DNA from: an uncultured Candidatus Saccharibacteria bacterium
GTDB taxonomy: Bacteria > Patescibacteriota > Minisyncoccia > Phycocordibacterales > VMEP01
Assembly (NCBI GenBank): GCA_964364185.1
Contig: CAYIKU010000001.1
Span: 19,258-53,243 of the forward strand
Direction of reading: 5' to 3'
DNA length: 33,986 nt
The notes under the pieces are model-generated. The model was not told where the DNA came from. It ran no database searches and saw only the letters and a program-made list of their open reading frames with translations. Made by a program: the position numbers and the translations under genes. Numbering within the stretch: position 1 is the first letter of the stretch; each line of letters begins with the position of its first letter. This document shows, piece after piece, positions 30,912 through 33,986 of the stretch.

Positions 30912-31779
30912 AAAAAAGAAATTTTATATTCTAGGCGGAAGCGGTTTTATGGGTGGAGAAATAGTGAAATATTTAAAAAGTCGCGGTCATCAAGTTTTCA
31001 GTGACAAAATAGATGTTTCTAATTTTTCCGCGCTACTCGCCAAATTAAATGAGACTAAGCCAGAGGTTGTTGTAAACTTTACTGGAGTAAGAGCTTATCC
31101 TAATATAGATTGGTGTGAAAATAACAAAGAAGAGACTGTAAAAATTAATGTTGGCGGAGCTATAAATGCCACTTTAGCGGCAATAAAAGCGGGTGCTTAC
31201 CCCATTCAAATATCTTCAGGTTGTATTTACTCTGGAGGAACAGATGTTGAATTCACTGAGGAATCCGAGCCAAACTTTTTTGGCAGTTTTTATTCACGTA
31301 TGCGCATTATTATGCAAAATGCGCTTAAAGAAATCCCGGTTTTGCAAGTAAGAATCAGAATGCCGATAGCGACATTCTCACACCCGCGTAACCTAATTAA
31401 TAAAATAATTTCTTATCCTAAAATAATTTCTATCCCTAATTCAATAACATTCCTAGAAGATTTATGGCCTGCACTAGAAAAACTGGCTGTTCTAAAACCA
31501 ACAGGAATACTGAATTTGACTAATGATGGATATTTAAATCATGCGCAAATTTTAGAAGTCTACAAAAAGATAGTTGACCCCAATCATAAATACACAATTA
31601 TTTCACTTGATGAACTACAAGGTGTGGGTGGTATAACTAAAGCAAAAAGAAGTAATTGTTTATTATCCAATGCTAAAGCTAAATCTTTAGGATTAAATTT
31701 GCCCGCTATAGATAATAAAAAACTTGAAGAAATAATGGTCGCCTTTAAAAAATCATTACTTAATGAAGCAATAAAATAA
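30895..31779 (+). CDS. NRS/ER-like bifunctional 4-keto-6-deoxyglucose 3,5-epimerase/4-reductase (rhamnose synthase C-terminal type)
   Basis: 294 aa. GGSGFMGG, PNIDWCENNKEETVKINVGGAI, EPNFFGSFYSRMRIIMQ, VRIRMPI...HPRNLINKI...IPNSITFLEDLWP, RSNCLLS. These blocks match plant NRS/ER (UER1) as I recall it far better than bacterial RfbD does. Confidence 0.6.
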   Translation: MQENIKKKKFYILGGSGFMGGEIVKYLKSRGHQVFSDKIDVSNFSALLAKLNETKPEVVVNFTGVRAYPNIDWCENNKEETVKINVGGAINATLAAIKAGAYPIQISSGCIYSGGTDVEFTEESEPNFFGSFYSRMRIIMQNALKEIPVLQVRIRMPIATFSHPRNLINKIISYPKIISIPNSITFLEDLWPALEKLAVLKPTGILNLTNDGYLNHAQILEVYKKIVDPNHKYTIISLDELQGVGGITKAKRSNCLLSNAKAKSLGLNLPAIDNKKLEEIMVAFKKSLLNEAIK

Positions 31780-32504
31780 TGAAAGGAGTAATTTTAGCCG
31801 GGGGAAAAGGCACGAGACTATGGCCGTTAACCGCTATAGCAAATAAACACCTGCTTCCTGTTTATAATAAGCCTATGATTATTTACCCCCTAGAAACCTT
31901 GAAGCATCTTGGAGTTAAAGATATCTTGATTGTTTCTGGTGGGGAACATATTGGTTGGTTTACAGAATTTTTAGGAGACGGTTCTGGGTTTGGCGTAAAT
32001 CTTACTTATCGAGTTCAACGTGAAGCTGGAGGTATAGCGCAAGCACTTAGTTTAGCAAAAGAATTCACAAAAGAAGATAATATGGCTGTAATTCTTGGGG
32101 ATAATATTTTTGATAATAATTATATTGAAATTGTTAAAAATAAGAAAAAAAATGAAGCAGTTTTATATGTGAAAAAAGTTGACGATGCAAGTCTTTTTGG
32201 GGTAATAGAAATCGGGAAAAATGGAAAATTAATTGGAATTGAAGAAAAACCAAAAATTCCCAAAAGTAACATTGCCGTGACTGGTTTATATATATATCCG
32301 CCAAATGTTTTTGAAATTATTTCAAAACTAAAACCATCATCTAGGAATGAATTGGAAATTACAGATATAAACAACTATTATATAAAAAATAAAAAATGCA
32401 TATATAAAGAAATTTTGGGTTTTTGGAGTGATGCTGGCACTTTTGATTCTCTATTACGAAGTGCTAATTGGGTAAAAAGAAATGATAATAATTTTGCAAA
32501 TTGA
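31779..32504 (+). CDS. Short-form sugar-1-phosphate nucleotidyltransferase (glucose-1-phosphate thymidylyl/uridylyltransferase-like)
   Basis: 241 aa. MKGVILAGGKGTRLWPLT signature, GGIAQAL, VILGDNIF, EKP. Start overlaps the previous stop (TAATG). Confidence 0.75.
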   Translation: MKGVILAGGKGTRLWPLTAIANKHLLPVYNKPMIIYPLETLKHLGVKDILIVSGGEHIGWFTEFLGDGSGFGVNLTYRVQREAGGIAQALSLAKEFTKEDNMAVILGDNIFDNNYIEIVKNKKKNEAVLYVKKVDDASLFGVIEIGKNGKLIGIEEKPKIPKSNIAVTGLYIYPPNVFEIISKLKPSSRNELEITDINNYYIKNKKCIYKEILGFWSDAGTFDSLLRSANWVKRNDNNFAN

Positions 32505-32509
32505 TTTTT

Positions 32510-33226
32510 ATGCCTTTAATGGAAGTAAAAAATTTGGAAAAGACATACCACGATGAGGATGTGGCTACGGCGGTGCTCAAGGGAATTTCTTTTAGCATAA
32601 ACGAGGGGGAATTTGTAGCCATTATGGGTCCATCGGGGTCCGGTAAATCAACATTACTCCATATTTTAGGTTTTTTAGACACTCCTACGGGAGGAAGATA
32701 TTTTTACGAAGAAAAACTTGCTGGAAAATATTCAGAAGAAGAAATAGCAAATGTTCGCAATAAAAAGTTGGGTTTTGTTTTTCAATCATTTAATCTTTTG
32801 CCTCGCACTACCGTTCTTGAAAATGTGAAGTTACCGTTACTTTATTCAGATATTGATGAAGAACTTTGGAACGATATGGCTCGTAGCGCCATAGAATCAG
32901 TCGGATTGACACATCGTCTAGATTTTGAACCATCTCAACTTTCTGGTGGAGAAAAACAAAGAGTAGCCATTGCTCGCGCCCTTGTAAATAATCCGCAAGT
33001 AATTTTTGCCGATGAGCCGACTGGAAATCTTGATTCAAAGTCCGGAGAAATAGTAATTGAAATTATCCAAAAATTACATAAAGAAAAAGGGCACACCATA
33101 ATTCTTATTACCCACGAAACTTACACTGCTGAATATGCGGAAAGAATTATTCGTCTTCATGACGGAATGGTGGAAAGCGATGAAAGAGTCGCTACCCGCC
33201 GTGTTGGAAAAAACTTTTTAAAATAA
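32510..33226 (+). CDS. ABC transporter ATP-binding protein (MacB/LolD family)
   Basis: Walker [11 protein letters not shown]-loop FQSFNLLP, signature LSGGEKQR, Walker B IFADEPT, H-loop ITHE. The ORF is open from TTG 32501, and ATG 32510 is preferred. Confidence 0.9.
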   Translation: MPLMEVKNLEKTYHDEDVATAVLKGISFSINEGEFVAIMGPSGSGKSTLLHILGFLDTPTGGRYFYEEKLAGKYSEEEIANVRNKKLGFVFQSFNLLPRTTVLENVKLPLLYSDIDEELWNDMARSAIESVGLTHRLDFEPSQLSGGEKQRVAIARALVNNPQVIFADEPTGNLDSKSGEIVIEIIQKLHKEKGHTIILITHETYTAEYAERIIRLHDGMVESDERVATRRVGKNFLK

Positions 33227-33986
33227 ATGACCATAAATCATACAATAAAGGTAGCGTTGGGGGGGCTGAAAACAAACAAAATGAGGTCAGGCCTTACTAT
33301 CCTTGGAATCGTCATTGGGGTAACGGCGATAATTATGGTTGTTTCCTTGGGCGATGGGGCTAGAAACCTTATTTTGGGGCAAATTGAAGGTATTGGGGCA
33401 AGGGTTATAGGTATTATTCCAGGACGCCAACCCAAAGGGCCAACTGATGTTCTCGCGACCCTAACTGCCTCTTTAAAGCAGAGAGATTTAGACCTTCTTT
33501 CTCGCAAAGAAAATGTTCCGCATGCTGACGGAATCATGCCGATTGTGTTCGGCAGTGAAACCGCTTCTTATAAAGAAGAAACTTATCGCCCAACTATTTT
33601 TGGCGGAACAGAATTAATGGCGGAAATATACGATGTTTATCCGGAACAGGGGAGAAATATAAGCGAAGACGAAGTAAGGGGGTCTGCGGATGTAGTAATT
33701 TTAGGATCAAAGGTCGCAGATGAGCTTGCACCAGGAGTTAATTTGTTAGGAGAAAGAATTAAAATAAAAGGCAGAAATTTTTTAGTTATAGGAATTCTTC
33801 CTAAAAAAGGGGGTTCTTCGTTTATTAATTTTGATGATATGGCAATGGTACCATACACTACCGCCCAGCATTATATTTTTGGAATAAAACATTTCAATCG
33901 TCTAGCTATACGTGTTGATAAGGAGGAAAACATAAATACAACAGTAGAAGATATTAAAGCGACACTCCGAAATGCTCATAACATTA
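33227..33986 (+). CDS. ABC transporter permease, MacB/FtsX type (partial, runs off the window end)
   Basis: ATG at 33227 directly after the ATPase stop. TIKVALGGLKTNKMRSGLTILGIVIGVTAIIMVVSLG followed by a MacB periplasmic-domain-like region. Absent from the ORF track because there is no stop in the window. Confidence 0.8.
   Translation, partial: MTINHTIKVALGGLKTNKMRSGLTILGIVIGVTAIIMVVSLGDGARNLILGQIEGIGARVIGIIPGRQPKGPTDVLATLTASLKQRDLDLLSRKENVPHADGIMPIVFGSETASYKEETYRPTIFGGTELMAEIYDVYPEQGRNISEDEVRGSADVVILGSKVADELAPGVNLLGERIKIKGRNFLVIGILPKKGGSSFINFDDMAMVPYTTAQHYIFGIKHFNRLAIRVDKEENINTTVEDIKATLRNAHNI

Noticed and set aside
1-33986. Alternative genetic code (for example UGA recoded, as in some CPR-adjacent lineages)
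   Set aside because: All conserved genes are full length under the standard code, and many terminate at TGA exactly where homologues end, so recoding is not needed.

Overview
This window looks like part of a small, streamlined, fairly AT-rich bacterial genome, with gene content reminiscent of Candidate Phyla Radiation/Parcubacteria. It uses the standard code 11: long ORFs stay intact with UGA as a stop. Most of it is housekeeping. The genes are greA, lysS, a truncated dcw block (mraZ-rsmH-ftsL-like-ftsI-murF), and a B12-dependent class II ribonucleotide reductase followed by a three-gene cobalamin activation/uptake set. Then come mpg, pcm, yqeY, a Cas4-like PD-(D/E)XK nuclease, rmuC, rplU, recR, dnaB, cysS, a corA-like gene, an S41 peptidase, rplI and rpmA. 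The window ends with a MacAB-like efflux operon that has a three-gene rhamnose pathway embedded in it. The stand-out accessory element lies at about 12.1-14.2 kb. It is a retron-type reverse transcriptase preceded by about 375 nt of hairpin-rich non-coding sequence and a tiny transmembrane ORF. A convergent 64-aa gene with strong expression signals and a tRNA-Glu follow it, and no classical retron effector domain is visible. Other items worth a second look are listed here. (1) greA and dnaB share a bipartite leader motif with matching spacing. (2) A 650-nt GC-rich intergenic region upstream of rplU holds a 23-bp perfect hairpin and two candidate minus-strand sRNAs. (3) A repeated hairpin element occurs at 19.66 kb and 28.0 kb. 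(4) A four-box MraZ operator sits upstream of mraZ. (5) A plant/giant-virus-style bifunctional rhamnose epimerase/reductase is present. (6) The CorA homologue lacks the GMN motif. All calls come from reading motifs by eye. No searches, folding or statistics were run, and start codons are approximate.
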